Positions 1-13,575 of a stretch of DNA of 64,000 bases are shown here, piece by piece; within the stretch, counting starts at the first letter, position 1, and every line of letters begins with the position of its first letter. The notes under the pieces were generated by a model. That model had not been told where the DNA came from. It saw only the letters and a list, made by a program, of their open reading frames with translations, and did no database searches. This DNA comes from Vicugna vicugna. Its lineage: Eukaryota. Location: the NCBI GenBank assembly GCA_013265495.1, contig MU057701.1:1-64000 (forward strand), in the 5' to 3' direction. Both the position numbers and the translations under genes were made by a program.

Positions 1-314
1 AAAAATGTTAGAAACAGCATGTGCTCCCTGTACTTAGAGAATAGCATTCTGATTCTGCTTTTCAAATAAATCTTTAGACTCGTCCTCCCACAACCCCATC
101 CCCTGAGATCCAGTGGTTTATATATTTGATGAACCAACAACAGATGCTCCTTTGATGGTGTTCTAGTTGAGTTCATGGTATTCACCCAGCAAATATTACC
201 CTATTTCCTATTCAGCAAACAGTGTATTTAGTTCGTGAGTGTGCAGTAAAAACACACGCATGGGAATTATGCACAGAAGACCTGGAGAAATGCTAAAAAG
301 GTCTGTTGTTTCCA

Positions 315-478
315 TTAATGTGACTGTAGCAGTGTCCACGTCCTGGTTTTGCTCGTGTCCCGTGGTCATGTAAGATGTTATCGCTGCGGGGAGCGGGGTG
401 AAGGGTGTGTGGGAACAGTCTGTACTGTTTTTGCAGATTCCTGTGAGCCTTCAATTATTTCGAAATAAAAAATGTAAA
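315..478 (+). mobile_element. Ancient L1M (L1MC-like) 3' end fragment
   Basis: atgtaagatgttatc...gggtgaagggtgtgtgggaa...tctgtactgtttttgcag...aaataaaaaat, typical of the L1MC 3' terminus. Confidence 0.65.
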
Positions 479-2231
479 GTCTGTTGTTTCCTTTTTTTTT
501 TTCTCCAAGTAAGACAGAAGCGAAGCGATCATGTAGTGTAGTCACGTTCACATTTGTCTCTTGGCGGTGGCCTGCCTCTCCCTCCCTCAGCAGCCCGCAG
601 GCACCTCGCAGAACTGGGGGGCTCTGTCAAATCCCACACCAAAGACCCTGATCCAGGATCCAACACCCTCAGGTTCCAGATGAAGAACTCAGGGCCCAAA
701 GAAGTAAAATGCACCACTAGTTACTGGCTACTGATGGAAACTCAGAGAGCTGGAAAGGGTTTTTTTGTTTGTTTTTAACAGTCGCTCTCCGCACATCGCC
801 AGAAGTCACAGCTCTTCAGCTCACCGTGATTTCTTTCGTCAGACGGGGTGAGAGGCAGCAGACAGGAAAGAGCATCCATGCTCCTGAGGCTTGTTTCTGT
901 GGGGCGGGAGTTGGACGGGTCCCCAGCGCCGAGACAGTGCACGGGCGGGCTGGGTTGCCAGGTGGTCTCACAGCTTACCGCTCGGCGTGGCCGTTGCCCT
1001 GCAAGGCCGGCCTGGGGCAGAGGGCAGGAACTCGGGACCGCAGAGGAAGCCCTGGGCCTGCTGGCCGACTTGGCCGCAGCTCGAGGCACCTGGGATCGCT
1101 GGAGTCAATTAGCTTTCTCGTTCCTTCCCATTCAAGCCCAGGTCACTGAGGTATTATTGGGAAATCTCGGACACGTTGAGTTTATTACAATTATATCATT
1201 GTTGGAATTAATCTTCTCTTGTGTTCGTCCAGGGATTTTTCAGGTTGCAAAGCCCTTTCTCCTACGTTCCCAAGTCTCACCCCCAGGCTATGACATAGAC
1301 AGACTGGTTTTATTTCTGCTTCTTAAAAAAATGACACGACTTTTCCAAGGCTGCTGAGTTTGTATCAAGGCTGGAGTCAGAACACAGGTTTCCAGAATCC
1401 TGGGAAGGTGTTCTGTTTGTAGGAGAGGTCTTGGTTCTCATCAAGCACCTGCACACAGTGATGATCGACGAGCAGGCGGGGGTGTTCTGGTTGTGACCGT
1501 CGTCACTGGCATCACAGGCACCAGCCTAGGCCGCTCATGGGATGTCGAGGGGATGAGGACTCCAAGGCTGGGTCATTCTCCAGCCTTGTGCAGGAGGCGG
1601 AAGCCATGGTTTCCTCTCTTCCGGTGCCCCCAGCCGGTTGGAGCCTGACGATGCCAGATGAGGGTTGGATGAGCAAGCCTTAGATTTCCCTGAAAAGTGA
1701 AACAAGTTACCCGTGTGCCACGTCAACAGAGATCAACGTGACAGGCCACTGGCAGGTCAGCTGCCCCGGAGCTGCCGTGCGCCCAGGCTCCGCAGGGCCT
1801 CGTGTGCGCTGCCACGTCGTATTTGTCTAGTGCTGGTTGCTGACGCGCCCTCCTCCTGCAGGGAACACCGGCTGTGTCCTTTCCCCGAGCATCCTGTTTG
1901 TCCTCCACGCGGTAGGTTACAACCTTTACTATCCGCGTGGGAACTTCTAATTGATACTGACACTGGCCTGCGCTTTTGACATTTTGCCCAACGTCCTGCG
2001 ATACTGGGCAGATCGGTGCGCTGCTTGAGTGGTGGAAGGCCCAGCCCATTCTCCAGACCACGCTCACAGCCGCTACTGGCTAGGAAGAGGCACCTTGCAG
2101 GGAAGGTGCTGATTTTTCACTCCTGAGAGACATTTCAAAAGTAAACGTGTGACCCGCCTGGAGAACACTGTTAATCATTTACACCCGGGCGCACCTGGCA
2201 CTTACTCTGTATTTGTTGAGGAACCTTCTAA

Positions 2232-2427
2232 AGCAGCGGCTCTCCGCCCTTCACGGACCTGCCAACCTCAGGATCACCTGCGGGGCGTGTTGAAACACAC
2301 ACCTTGGGGCCTCATCGGCAGAGTTTGACTCACTTGGTCTGGGGAGGGGCTAAATAATTTCCTTTCTAACAAGTTTCAGGTGATGCTGGTGCTATGTAGG
2401 GACCAAACTTCGAACACCATGGTCCTA
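2232..2427. mobile_element. MER5A-like hAT-Charlie DNA transposon
   Basis: cagcggctctcc...ggatcacctg...tttctaacaagtttcaggtgatgctg...gggaccaaacttcgaacaccatg. Confidence 0.7.
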
Positions 2428-2598
2428 AAGCAGAGATTAGCAGACTTTTTCTGTAAGGGCCAGTTAGTAAGTATTTTAGACGATGTGGACCACGTTGGCT
2501 CTGTCTAGACTACTCTGCCATTGTAGCCACAGAAAATGTCAGTGAATGACTGTGGCTGTGTTCCAGTAAAGCTTTATTTACAAAGCAGGTGGTGGTCT
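2428..2598. mobile_element. MER58A-like hAT-Charlie element
   Basis: ttttctgtaagggccagttagtaagtattttag...ggctgtgttccagtaaagctttatttacaaa. Confidence 0.7.
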
Positions 2599-3374
2599 CA
2601 TTTTCCCCAGAAAAACTGTGTTATGAAATATCCAAATTTTTAAAAAGATGTTGGGAGCCAGGGCCTCATTCTGAGTGGAATTCTGAAAGCTCTCGTGGGG
2701 GGATCACTGTTAAAGTCTCAGAGGTTGGTCAGATCCCATCTCTGAAATTCACCAGCCAGGTGACTTTGCAGATCAGTAACATCTCTGTAGAATGAGGATG
2801 ATAATTATACAGTGAAAAATCAGAGGAGATGCTAAGAGGTATCAAGGTGACATGAGTGTCTGATTCACTATCCTTTATATGATTCTGCATGATTGAAATG
2901 TTTCAGAATTTTAAAATTTCTGTCTTTAAAAAAGTTGTCACAATAATTCATTGGTGTATTGGTGACCTTCAAAGTCAGCTAGAAGGTCAGTTGGCTTATG
3001 AAGTCAAAGTCACCTTTGGGATTGCCGCCAGTCACCAGCGCCTAGGCTCATAGAAAGTCAGAAGCCGAGAATACCTTTCTTTGAGTGTCTTTGCATCTGA
3101 GAAACCCTAAAGGATACCTCAAGCTTACCTTGTCTACAGTGGAGCCTTCCTGCCATCTCCCTTCAGTCCGTGGCAACAGCTCAGGCCACTAGAATGATGT
3201 GGGAGGAGGAATTTAATGAGGACGGGTCCTGATAGGGGCATGTCGACTGTGAAATTGTTTCATAGCTCAAGTAGGATATATTGATCTTTTAGCTCCACCC
3301 TCTACTTTTACATGTTAAGAAACAGGAGTGCAAAGAGCAAAGGAGCTTCCTGCTTTCCGTGGATTTACCCTTCT

Positions 3375-3537
3375 CAGCACCTGCCTAAGATCGACTTGTT
3401 TTGTCTTTAGAACAGCCACATTAAGACAAGTACTGTTAATTTCCCACTTTATAGATGAGGCAGGAAGGAGAGGTGATGTGTCCAAGGTCAGGCTTCTGGG
3501 AAGTAACAGCGCTGGGGATCTGAATGCAGGCAGTCTG
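3375..3537 (-). mobile_element. MIR SINE fragment
   Basis: cccactttatagatgagg...gtccaaggtca...gggatctgaatgcaggcagtctg, the MIR core. Confidence 0.65.
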
Positions 3538-4294
3538 TTCTTTAATTACTCCAGTATGCTGTGTGTAATTTTGTCTTCCTTATCTATAATCTGTCTGTGG
3601 ATTGAGGAACAAAAACACTGCCTGAAAAAAAGGCTGCCTGGTTGAACCTTTGGTAATTTGTAAGGCACGCTGGAGAAGATAAAGAAATTGCAGCAGGAGG
3701 CTGTGGGCGGGGTCCTGCCAGGGCATTTACAGTCTTCATCGGATTCTGCTGGACTTTCCCCCATGCCGGTGCATGTAGTGCTTTGGGAATTAGTGCAGAA
3801 GCAAAGAGATGTCCCGGTTGTTTTGGGTGCATATCTGGTCTTTTATTTCTGGAAACCTCGCCCAAAAGGAAATGGCCCAGACTCTGTTGAGTGGATCCAG
3901 GGTCATCCAGTTCATCTTCACAAACGCACCCTGGTTCTGTGCCTTCTCTGCTGCAGCCTGCGCTGAACACTGGGGATACGGCAGTACTGGGGCGTCCAAA
4001 ACAGTGTGCTTGCCCTCCCGCACTTTGACACTAGTCCAGAAGCAATAGCTTTGCTAGAAACCCTGATTTGTGCAAATTACACCCCAGAAGGAGCGGAAAT
4101 GTGGCTATCTGGTACATGGCTCAGAATGGGCACCCTATTAAAATGTGATGTGGCAGAGTTGCCGCCACTCACTGTCCGACCCCAGAGAATGGTGCACAGT
4201 CTGGCACCACTGAACCCTGACGTGAAGATGGGGTGGCGGGAGGGTCCTGAGCGTGGCTTAGTCCAAAAGTGTGGTCCTTTCATGACCAGAGTGA

Positions 4295-4435
<141 letters not shown>

Positions 4436-5300
4436 TAAGTTTTCTTTTCTGGCAGATGGCAAGGCTCTGTAGGGTTGACAGAGCACTTAAGGTTTAGTAA
4501 CTTTTCAGCACCAGCTCATCCGTAGAATACGTTCAGATACATACGCAACGGAAAAAACGTAGAATCTCTCCACTGTCGAGGTTGTGGCTTCTTAAATGAC
4601 TTAACTGCCTCGTTATGAACCCCGAAAAAGCGCTCAATTTAATGAAGTTGGTGTTGCCACAGTTGTTCGTGGTAGAAATCTTCCATCACTATAAAATGCA
4701 GGCTTATCAAACCCCAAAGCAAATGCCAAGTGTTGAAAGAAGCCTCCCCACCTCCGGATTCCACATTTGGTTAAGCTTCCAAATAAACTGAGCATCCACA
4801 GTTATTATCTTTCTGTGTCTCTAATTAGTGGGTGGACTGTGGAAAAATCCAGCAGGCTCTCCTCAAAACTTAAACCACAATGAAAATGAAAAGCCAGGAG
4901 GAGGGCGTCTTACTTAAAGTTCACTGGCCCTGCGTGTTTACGGACAGATCAGATGTCTGTCGGTGCAGCTAGAGATGAACTCCCTGAAGACCACTAGTGA
5001 GGAAGACTTCGGGGCCCTTCCATCCGCCTTTTTGTTCTGTATGTTTCTCCACCCGATGCCGGGAGGAAAGAAAAATGTCTGTGGAAACTCTTTGCTTTGA
5101 TTATTCTTATGTAATAAGATTTCCTTAGGCCATTTATTTCTTTCAATAAAATTTAATTTTTAGGACATGAAAAGGTAATGACTGAGCCTGTTTTTCTAGT
5201 AACAGGGAAATGTTATGGAAATATCAGCATACTGTCATTCATTGACGATGTTTTTACAGCCGAAAGCCTTTATGTGTGTCCTGACGTAAAGACATGCAGA

Positions 5301-5491
5301 CATGGCCATCCCTTGGTATCCACGGGGGATTGGCTCCAGGACCCTCCTCAGACACCTAAATCTGCAGAAGTTCAAGTCCCGTAATCGGCCCTCCGGATAT
5401 GGGGGACCAACTGTGTATTTATTGGAAAAAAAAATCCGTGTATAAGTGGACCTACACACTTCCCACCTAGTGTTATTCAAGGGTCATCTGT
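5301..5491. mobile_element. MER8/MER2-like TcMar-Tigger MITE
   Basis: cccttggtatccacgggggattggctccaggaccc...aaaaaatccgtgtataagtggacc...gttattcaagggtcatctgta. Confidence 0.75.
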
Positions 5492-7737
5492 ACATAAAAA
5501 TCAAGATACACGCATTTTGTAGGGTAGGTGGATAATTTCTCACAACACAGGGCTGATTCACCTTACAGAGCTGCAGAATTTAATACCTTAAGAAAACCTT
5601 TGTGGCCATCAAAGCCAGTGGCTTCCTATGTTTCAAGATACCCATGGGATTCCCAAGATAGAGTTTTCAGGGATTCTGCCACTGTGGCTTCTAAGTGCAT
5701 TTGTAAATACACTTTTAATTATTTAAAAACTTAGAGGAAGAATGAATCCTCAGGTGTGTTACACGCTTGACCTTGACAAGTTGAAGGTGACCTTGGAGAC
5801 TTGATGTTGGCAGCCTCACGCAGGGGGCAGAACAGGCCACCAGGTTTTTCCTGCTGCATCCACTTAGCTGAAGAGCTGACCAGGATGCCCTTAATCAATT
5901 ATTCGCATATCTTTTCTGTATGAATTAGCAACTGAGCTTTTACCTAACGTCCCCAACAGCTGATTTTAAAAGTTTTGGATCAGAAGGATTTGTTGGTTAT
6001 CCAGGGATGTCTTTAGAGTAAGTCAACGTATAGCTTTGAATTTATTAACTAAATGTATGCTAATAATATGTCGCTCAGTTGGTTTATATGTGACGATTGT
6101 GCTTAAGTTTTTGCTTATAAAATGGGTTCTGTTACTAAATATTTTGAAAAGCACTGACCTCAACCAGTGTGTTTTGTTTTCAGCGTTTTTTTCCTTGCAG
6201 TCCTAGCGTTTGGGGGGCTGCTCCCTGGACTCCTTCCTGGAGAACAAGCAGGTGGATGCCAGGACCCAGACCTCCGCCCCTAATTTCTGCAGAGAAGAAC
6301 TCTCTTCTCCTGCCCTTGCACGTTATAGGCTTTTAATACTACAGATACTTCCGCTTGGTGGAAAGAAAGTGAGCAACCACTGGTGCAGCCCCGCCGCTCA
6401 GTTTGCAGAGTAGGAAATAGAATCAGAGAGCAAATGAGCTTCCCAAGAGGTACAAGCCGCTAATGGTAGAGCCAAGATAGGAATACAACCCCGGGCCCTC
6501 GAGCCTCCGATGCCCCCGCAACCCCCACCCCCCATTGTCTGTATCCTTTCCAGAGGCTCTGGCATTTCTCTCCTTTAAGTTGCCCGTTCTGCCCAGAAGA
6601 TGGGATTGGATCAACACAAGTCATCACACAGCTTTTTAAGAGCCTTTGTATTGGCTGAATCCAAGGGATGTGATTTTGAACGGTTACCTTTGGGAACAGA
6701 ATCCACTTCTGTGAATCAGCTGATCAGTCTTCCCTCATTGTGTCCATTTTCCTGGTTTGGTCGTAGCAGATATCCGTTATTCACAACGCCTCTTGCAATT
6801 AACCTCACCGCGTTAACATTAAACACTCAAAGTGAAGCGGGCATGAAGGCTCCACCTTAAAGGTCACAGAAGAGCCTTGTAGCGAAGATGTGTGAGGGTT
6901 CCAGTGGCCCCTCCGCCTTCTGGAAGCCAGAAAGGACAAGGACATTAGAGCTGAAACACCTACACGGAGTCTTATGTTTGTCTTCAGCACACAGGATTCT
7001 TTTCAGGGTTTCTTTGGTTCATTGCAATAAGGCCGATCTTTTCTTTTTTTTTTTAAACCCTCTCCTGTCTCACCCACGGAATGTCAGCTGTAAGGAATGG
7101 CTTATCATGCAAGGCATGTATTTGTTTTACTTGAAATAATATTTAAATATTTGAAGACCTGTTTCAAATATCAAACACTAGTTCTTTTAAAAACAACAAC
7201 AGCAGCAAAGGCAATCTACTTAAGCCTCCTTGGAAATGCAGAGTTAGCCGAGGAAAGGAAAATTTCATAAATTTCTATACTCAACCCTCAGATTCTCTTT
7301 CTGAGTGGTGAGCTCAGAAAGGCATAAATTCTTTGGCAAAAAAAAAAAAAGGAATCCTCTGTTTAAAATTTGCATAGTATTCGCCTCTGTGTACATAAAA
7401 TATTAACTCATCTGCCCTTTGTGTGCCTTTACCTGTGTGAATTTTATACAGTGTGAAATATTTGAGGCATTCACAGAAGACCAGGCAGGGGGTGTATTTT
7501 GCTTCCGTGAAGACCGGACAAATACGGTACGGGTATTTAAAGGAAATTGTCACTCACACGAAGCCTGTGCTGGAAGGGACATCTGCTGACAGTTCGTGAG
7601 GTCACCAGAAACATTATAGCAAAGTATCAAGTTAGAGGATAGCTCATTTTCGCTTCTGCTGGTACAACCCAAACACCGAGGGAGTGATGGTTGGAGTCCA
7701 TATGCCCAGCCTCACCCTTCACTTTCTTGATTCACAG

Positions 7738-7866
7738 CCTGTGATATGAACGTGCACAAGCAGTGTGTCATCAACGTGCCCAGCCTCTGCGGGATGGACC
7801 ACACCGAGAAGAGGGGGCGGATCTACCTGAAGGCCGAGGTCACCGACGAAAAGCTCCACGTCACGG
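7738..7866 (+). CDS. PRKCA: PKC alpha exon 5, end of C1B and start of C2, 129 bp
   Basis: ttcacag|CC ... ACGG|gtaagg. (T)[42 protein letters not shown]. Phase 1-1, joins the previous exon in frame. Confidence 0.98.
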
Positions 7867-8294
7867 GTAAGGCGTGCGTGGACAGGTGTGAGGTGCGCCG
7901 GTACAGCTCTGAGGCGTGTGGCTTCTCTGTGGGCACTCGGGTGAAGGCCAGGCTGACCCCGAGGCAGGGCTCAGAGACCCAGGCTGGTCAGATGCAGAGC
8001 CACTGATTCGCATTGACACATCTCCCAGGAGACTGGTCTGGCCACCGAATTCCTGAATACCCAATGTCAATCAAAGTCATAATCATCACGTGGCTTGAGG
8101 TACTCTGGCAGCATGGCCGGTGTATTGTCCCTCTGGGGACGGGACAGGGATGCCAGCTAAACAGTGCCATTGGTGAAGGTGGAAGTAGTACAAGGGGCGT
8201 TGGGTGGATGACCTGCATGTTTGAGGGCTTCAGGCTTTCGTGACGGATGAGTCCGCCGTGATGAGACCGGCAGCCACCTCTGTGTTAGACCCGG

Positions 8295-8460
8295 TGCTAG
8301 GAAATTCACATAGGTTCATTTCTTTAGTTCTCGCAACTACCTCATTATTAGCCTCATTTTCCAGAAAAGGAAATGGAGGCACAGAGAGAGGAGAACCTTG
8401 TAGTGTCACAGAGTAGGTGAGGAGCTGGGATTGGAACCAAGGCATTTTGACTTCAGAACC
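8295..8460 (-). mobile_element. MIR SINE fragment
   Basis: cctcattttccagaaaaggaaatggaggcacagagag...gctgggattggaaccaagg. Confidence 0.65.
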
Positions 8461-10291
8461 TGTGTGTCTACTCATGGCATTATGTGCACCCCTCACAGAC
8501 GGCCTGTCCCCGGGGCCAGAATCCCCAGTCCACAGCTGGGACGCTGCCTCCCCGGGGCCGTGTCTGGGTGGGCACTGTCATGGGGTGGGTTTTCCACTGG
8601 TTTTCCCACCAAGTCCACACTCACTTAAGGTATCCTGGAGTCTCGTTGGCCCAGGACCCACTCTGTGTCTCTGCAGTGACTGGACGACCCGCCGTGTGGA
8701 TGTGTGGTTTGACCCTCAGATGTCAACCTTGTTTCCTTGCTCTTGGGGCCCCTCCAGTACCACCACACACTCCCTCTTCCTTGATGAGGACCCTGGTTTC
8801 CATTAGATCTGAAAACATACCATGTTTCCATTTGTACTGGAGAATTCTAAGCTATCGTAAAAATGGAAAAACTGACTTTAATGTTGTTGTAAATAATTGA
8901 AGCTATTATAGAAAAAAGATGCAGAAGGTCTGTTTAAGGAAAACAGATGAGGGTGGAGGGTAGGGGCCAGTTCCAGGGAAAGCTTATTTTTGGAAACATC
9001 CTCATTTTTTTTTCTTTGAAAAATAGACAAGTTCTCTACCCAGGGCTGTCCTGTCAGGTAAGAATTCAGGGAAAATCAAGCAAAGGGTGTCAAGGTGTTG
9101 CTAAGAGAGGGTTAACACGCTTTGCCGCTGGAAAACCTTATGAAACAGACACAGTACAGCTAGTGGTCAAGATCGGATGGTGCTTGAAATCCCAATCACA
9201 GACGCAGCATGCCTGCTGACCTTTGGTGTTTATTTACTCCAAACCATCCTATTTGCACTCTTGCATTTGGAGCTGTGGTTCTCACCTGCCTCTCCCTTCT
9301 TTTGGGTGGCACACACCCGGGGACCCTTCACTCAGAGCAAGGAGACTCCTTGGGAGCCATGAGCAGTCAGGTACTGGGGGCAGAGAGCATGCCGGTTAGA
9401 AGGAAATTACCATAAAATGTGGGCTTAATAGATGGTAAGTGGTTGAGGAGCATCTGGCTAAACGTTGCAGTGTTTTTCCTCTGCTTTATGAGCTACTGAT
9501 GGCAGAATAATAGACACCCGTGTGAACAGTCAGGGCTCAGCTGTGAGGTTCACAGCTCCCGGTAAGGCAAGAATACCTGGCCAGGGTTTTCCAGTGTTCA
9601 GCTCTCGTTATGCTTCTGAATAGAGCAAAACACGCACTGTGCGTGCTAGACTGGCCCCCTGCCTCCTCTGTATGGTGCTACCTGAGTTTTCCAGTCTCTC
9701 CTGTGAGCCCCAGGAGACTTGCAGGTGGAAGACTGCACAGAGAGGCCCAGATGCCCTGGCGGGGGTGGCACAGGGTACACAGTGCAAGAGAAAACACCCA
9801 CCCTGTGGGGACAGCAGGGCTCACAGGCTAACTCCACCATCGCCAGGAGCTGAGCTTGATTCATAACTTGAGAATCATCTTAGGGGAAGACGGCCTCACT
9901 GAGTTAGACACGGACTTTTCACGTGTCAGAGCCAACCAGGACAACCTGTGGCCACAGGCGGTCAAGTCTCTCAAGAACGAGTCTGTACGTTCGTGCAGAG
10001 GTATAGCTCTGCTCCAGGAATATGCACACAGCTGTGGTCTTATAATAATAAAGGCCACAGCAGCTAACGCCTACTGAGCATGTCCCACAGAAGGGACGCT
10101 TTCTAAGCACTTTACATAATCAACTTATTTAAACCTGTGTGGAAATTTACTTTATTACCCTTTACTTTTTGAACAAACCAAGGCACAAAGAAATAACTTG
10201 CCCAAAGTCACACAGAGGGTAAATTTAATGGATAAATATCCAATTGATAGAAGTAGGGATGTTTTCATGAGAGTACCAGTAAGAATTGGTA

Positions 10292-10661
10292 TCTTGTCTT
10301 AGATCAGGCTGCTATGACAAATAACCGTCGACTGAATTTGTCTCAGTTCTGGAGGCTGGGAAGTGCAAGTTCAGGGTGCCACCAATTTGGTTTCTGGAGA
10401 GAATTCTCTTTCTGGCTTGTAGGGGCTGCCTTTAGGCTGTGTCTTCACTTGACAGAAGAGAGCGGGGAGAAGGAGACTGTGGGTAGGGGAAGGGAGAAGG
10501 GAAGCAACTGGCTGGTGTCTCATAAGGGCGCTAATCCCATCATGGGGCCCCACCCTCACAATCTAATTACCTCCCCGATGCCCCGTCTCCAAATACCGTC
10601 ACCTGAGAAGGTTAGGGCTTCAACATACGAATTTAGGAGGCACAAACATTCGGTCTGCAGC
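10292..10661 (-). mobile_element. MLT1A-like ERVL-MaLR solo LTR
   Basis: ctcagttctggaggctgggaagt...cataagggcgctaatcccatcatg...gttagggcttcaacatacgaattt. Confidence 0.8.
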
Positions 10662-11395
10662 AAATCTAATTTTAAAATACAGTTGTTATTTCTGTGAGGG
10701 GAATGCAGTCCTAAGTACAGGAAGCCAAACTAAAGGAAATAACTAATTAGGAAGCTTTTTTTTTTTAACTTTTAGTTTAATTTTAGATTTTCAGAATCAG
10801 AATTAGCCAGGCTTCAACGAGAAGAGAAATATAAACAAGAAACCATAATAGAGTCAAGTTTACGGTCCAAAAAAAAAGTTGCCAATGTAGTTCCAGGTTC
10901 CTGTGCACCTGTCACCCAGCACCCCCTAAACATAACATTCTTCCACAACCATAGTGTGAGAATCAAAGTAGTCACATTTTAAAATAGTGCCTGACAAATC
11001 TGTGGAACAATCGGTACCTATGTTAGTCACTCAAAATTGTTCTAAGGAGTCAGAGAGAAGACACGAGGCTTCCCGATGCCAGTACGAAAGGACTGCACGG
11101 AGTCCCAGGCTGAGCAGCACTGCAGCCCCTCCTACGTGACCGGCCTCCCAGCCCGGCAGGCCAGGCACCGGCTTGTCCTGAGAATGGTTTCCGTAGCAAC
11201 AGCTACCGTTGACTGAGTCCACCTACTGTGTACTTACTGTCCAGAAGCCTGGATCTTTCTCTGTGCTGAGTGCTTTATAGTCATTGTTTCGTGGACCCCT
11301 CAAAAACACCAGCACGGAGTGGTTTGTTTTGTTTTGTTTTTTTTCCTTTTCCATTTATTTTTAATTTGAAGTGCCTAGTTCCTTTTAAAAAAAAA

Positions 11396-11524
11396 TTTTT
11401 TTGGTGGGGAGAGGTGACCTTAGGTTTATTTATCTTATTTATTTTTTAAAGGAGGTTCTGGGGGTTGAACCTAGGACCACGGGCATGCCGAGCCCACACT
11501 CTGCCACTGAGCTGTACCCTCCCC
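11396..11524 (-). mobile_element. tRNA-derived SINE (camelid vic-1-like), inserted in a MIR
   Basis: Reverse complement reads ggggagggtacagctcagtggcagagtgtgggctcggcatgcccgtggtcctaggttcaacccccagaacctcc, then an AT-rich body and A tail. Homologous to the copies at 25278 and 62160. Confidence 0.88.
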
Positions 11525-12889
11525 GCCCCTCCCCTACAGAGTAATGTTATTCTCATTTTTGAGATAAGCAAACGAGCTAAGAGAAGGGAAGGAAGTGGCT
11601 CCAAGTTATGATGTAGAAAGTGACAGGGTTGGGGCTTGAGCCCAGGTCTGACTCCTATACCTACAGGCTGGACCCTCCCAAGTCTCTTTTATTCAAGAGT
11701 CTCCTGGAGAAACATAAATATTTGCTAAACCCATACTGAGCACTCCACAGGTTCTCTGGGGTTATGGCAGGTCTGAATGTGGGACTTACAACCAGGGGAG
11801 GGGAGAGTAACACATGGAGGAATTAAGGAACAACCCAAGTCCACACATAATTAAGTACTCAATTAGGTGGGAACCAAATAGCATGCAGTTGGGAGGTGCT
11901 AGGGGGTGATGAAGCGGGAGGGAGGGAGGGAAAGTTTCCACAGAGAAGCAGGGTGAAGGATGGTAGTTACTCGAGAGGCCAGGGTGAAGAGAGCTCCAGT
12001 AGAGGGCTGAGATGGGATGGAGGAATTAGCCTGGCTTCGATGAAAACACAGATAGCAACAATAAACCATAGTGAGCCAAGCTTATGGTACACGTACAAGT
12101 GATTTCTTGGAAAATCCACTTAAACCCTAAGCAGCTGTGTTAATTGTTACATTGGTTCCATCTCCATTTTACCTGTGCAGAATTGCTCGAACTGAAAAAG
12201 AATTCCCAAAATAGAAACTCCCAGCGGACTCCTGCTTTGGGCTGGAAGTCACCCGTTTGAAATCAGAGATCAGTTTGCTTTTGAGATTGGTGCAGGGTGT
12301 ATGGGAACGGCCTCCGCTTTCGTGGTGTATTTTTGTTTTTTGCCTTTGGGCAGTGGTGCGATGTTATCTGAACAGTTTCATTTTTTTTTTCTATCCATAT
12401 GCCATTTTAATAGATTTTCTACATTCTTGTGTGCTTTTTATTTGGTTTGGAGGAGTGGTAAAAAAAAATCCCTCATGGGAATGAATTTTCAATTTAATGT
12501 TGTAAGTAAATGGGAGAAATATCGTATGCTCTACAGCTGTTTCAGGAACACGTTTCTCCCACAAGTGGATTATTCTGCAGAAGAGTCTGATTTTTCTCAG
12601 ATGCTTTGGGTTGCTAGTTTGGCACGGAGGTGGAAGTTCTAAAACGGGTTCCGTAGCCGGGAGGGGAGGACCTCCCGCAGGTTCTGAGGCTCCTTGCAAA
12701 CTGCAGATTGCATCCTTCCTTCAACCTTATGGATTCAGTGTCTCTGTCTCACCGCCCCAGCTGTTGAGATTTGCCATCGCATTGTTGTGGATTAAAAATA
12801 ACAGTAATATTCTCTGAGTGTGTTCTTCCACCTTACTGTAGCCTAGTTGCAGCGGAATCAAGGCAGTGAGACGCAGCTTCGTATGACAG

Positions 12890-13260
12890 TCACTCATTCT
12901 TTGACTCAAGCATTTGTCATACATTTATTAGCCGAGTGTCAGGCTCTCTGCCAGGTGCCAGGGATGCTAAGATAATTAAGATATATTCTTTATCATGGAA
13001 TGTGTGGACTCTGTGGGGAGTTAAGACATGAAAAAGAATGACAGGGCAGTGCACCCAGGACCTGTAAGCATGGTGGGAGCTTGGGAGAATGGTGCCCCAC
13101 CTGCCCCGAGGAAGCTGCAGGTGGCGTCACACAGGTAGTGACAGTGGAGCCGGAGGCCACTTCAGGTGAAGATGCAGCACCACGGGAGGGTGTGGTGTGT
13201 TCAGGAAGCTCGACGCAGTGCAAGATTCCAGGGATTTTGAGTGAGCAGTAGGGAGAGCTG
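12890..13260 (-). mobile_element. L2 fragment
   Basis: catttattagccgag...gccaggtgccagggatg... degenerate L2 3' end in antisense orientation. Confidence 0.45.
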
Positions 13261-13539
13261 GAGGGAGGTGTCTTTCCATCTTCCAGGGGTTAGGGCGAGA
13301 GTCATCCCAGCTTACAGGTGGCGCGGGTCTTAGGAGTCACGTGGTAATAGCTCCGAGTCACACACTTCCTTTTCAGACAGGAGGATGTAAAGTTCCAGGT
13401 GGCTGTGTTTTCAGCAAGAATAGGGCATCAGTCTCCTACCGTGACCTCCAGGCATGACCTTGAAGATTCACGGCAACCCTTGACTTTCTTTGTTGATGCT
13501 GGGAAAGGGGGCACAGCAGGTAGCCCATTGGTCGCCTGA

Positions 13540-13575
13540 AAGCTTAGTACAGGTCCTTACCCCTGTACTAAGCTT
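13540..13575. repeat. Perfect inverted repeat, 14-bp arms with 8-nt spacer
   Basis: aagcttagtacagg-tccttacc-cctgtactaagctt. Confidence 0.95.
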
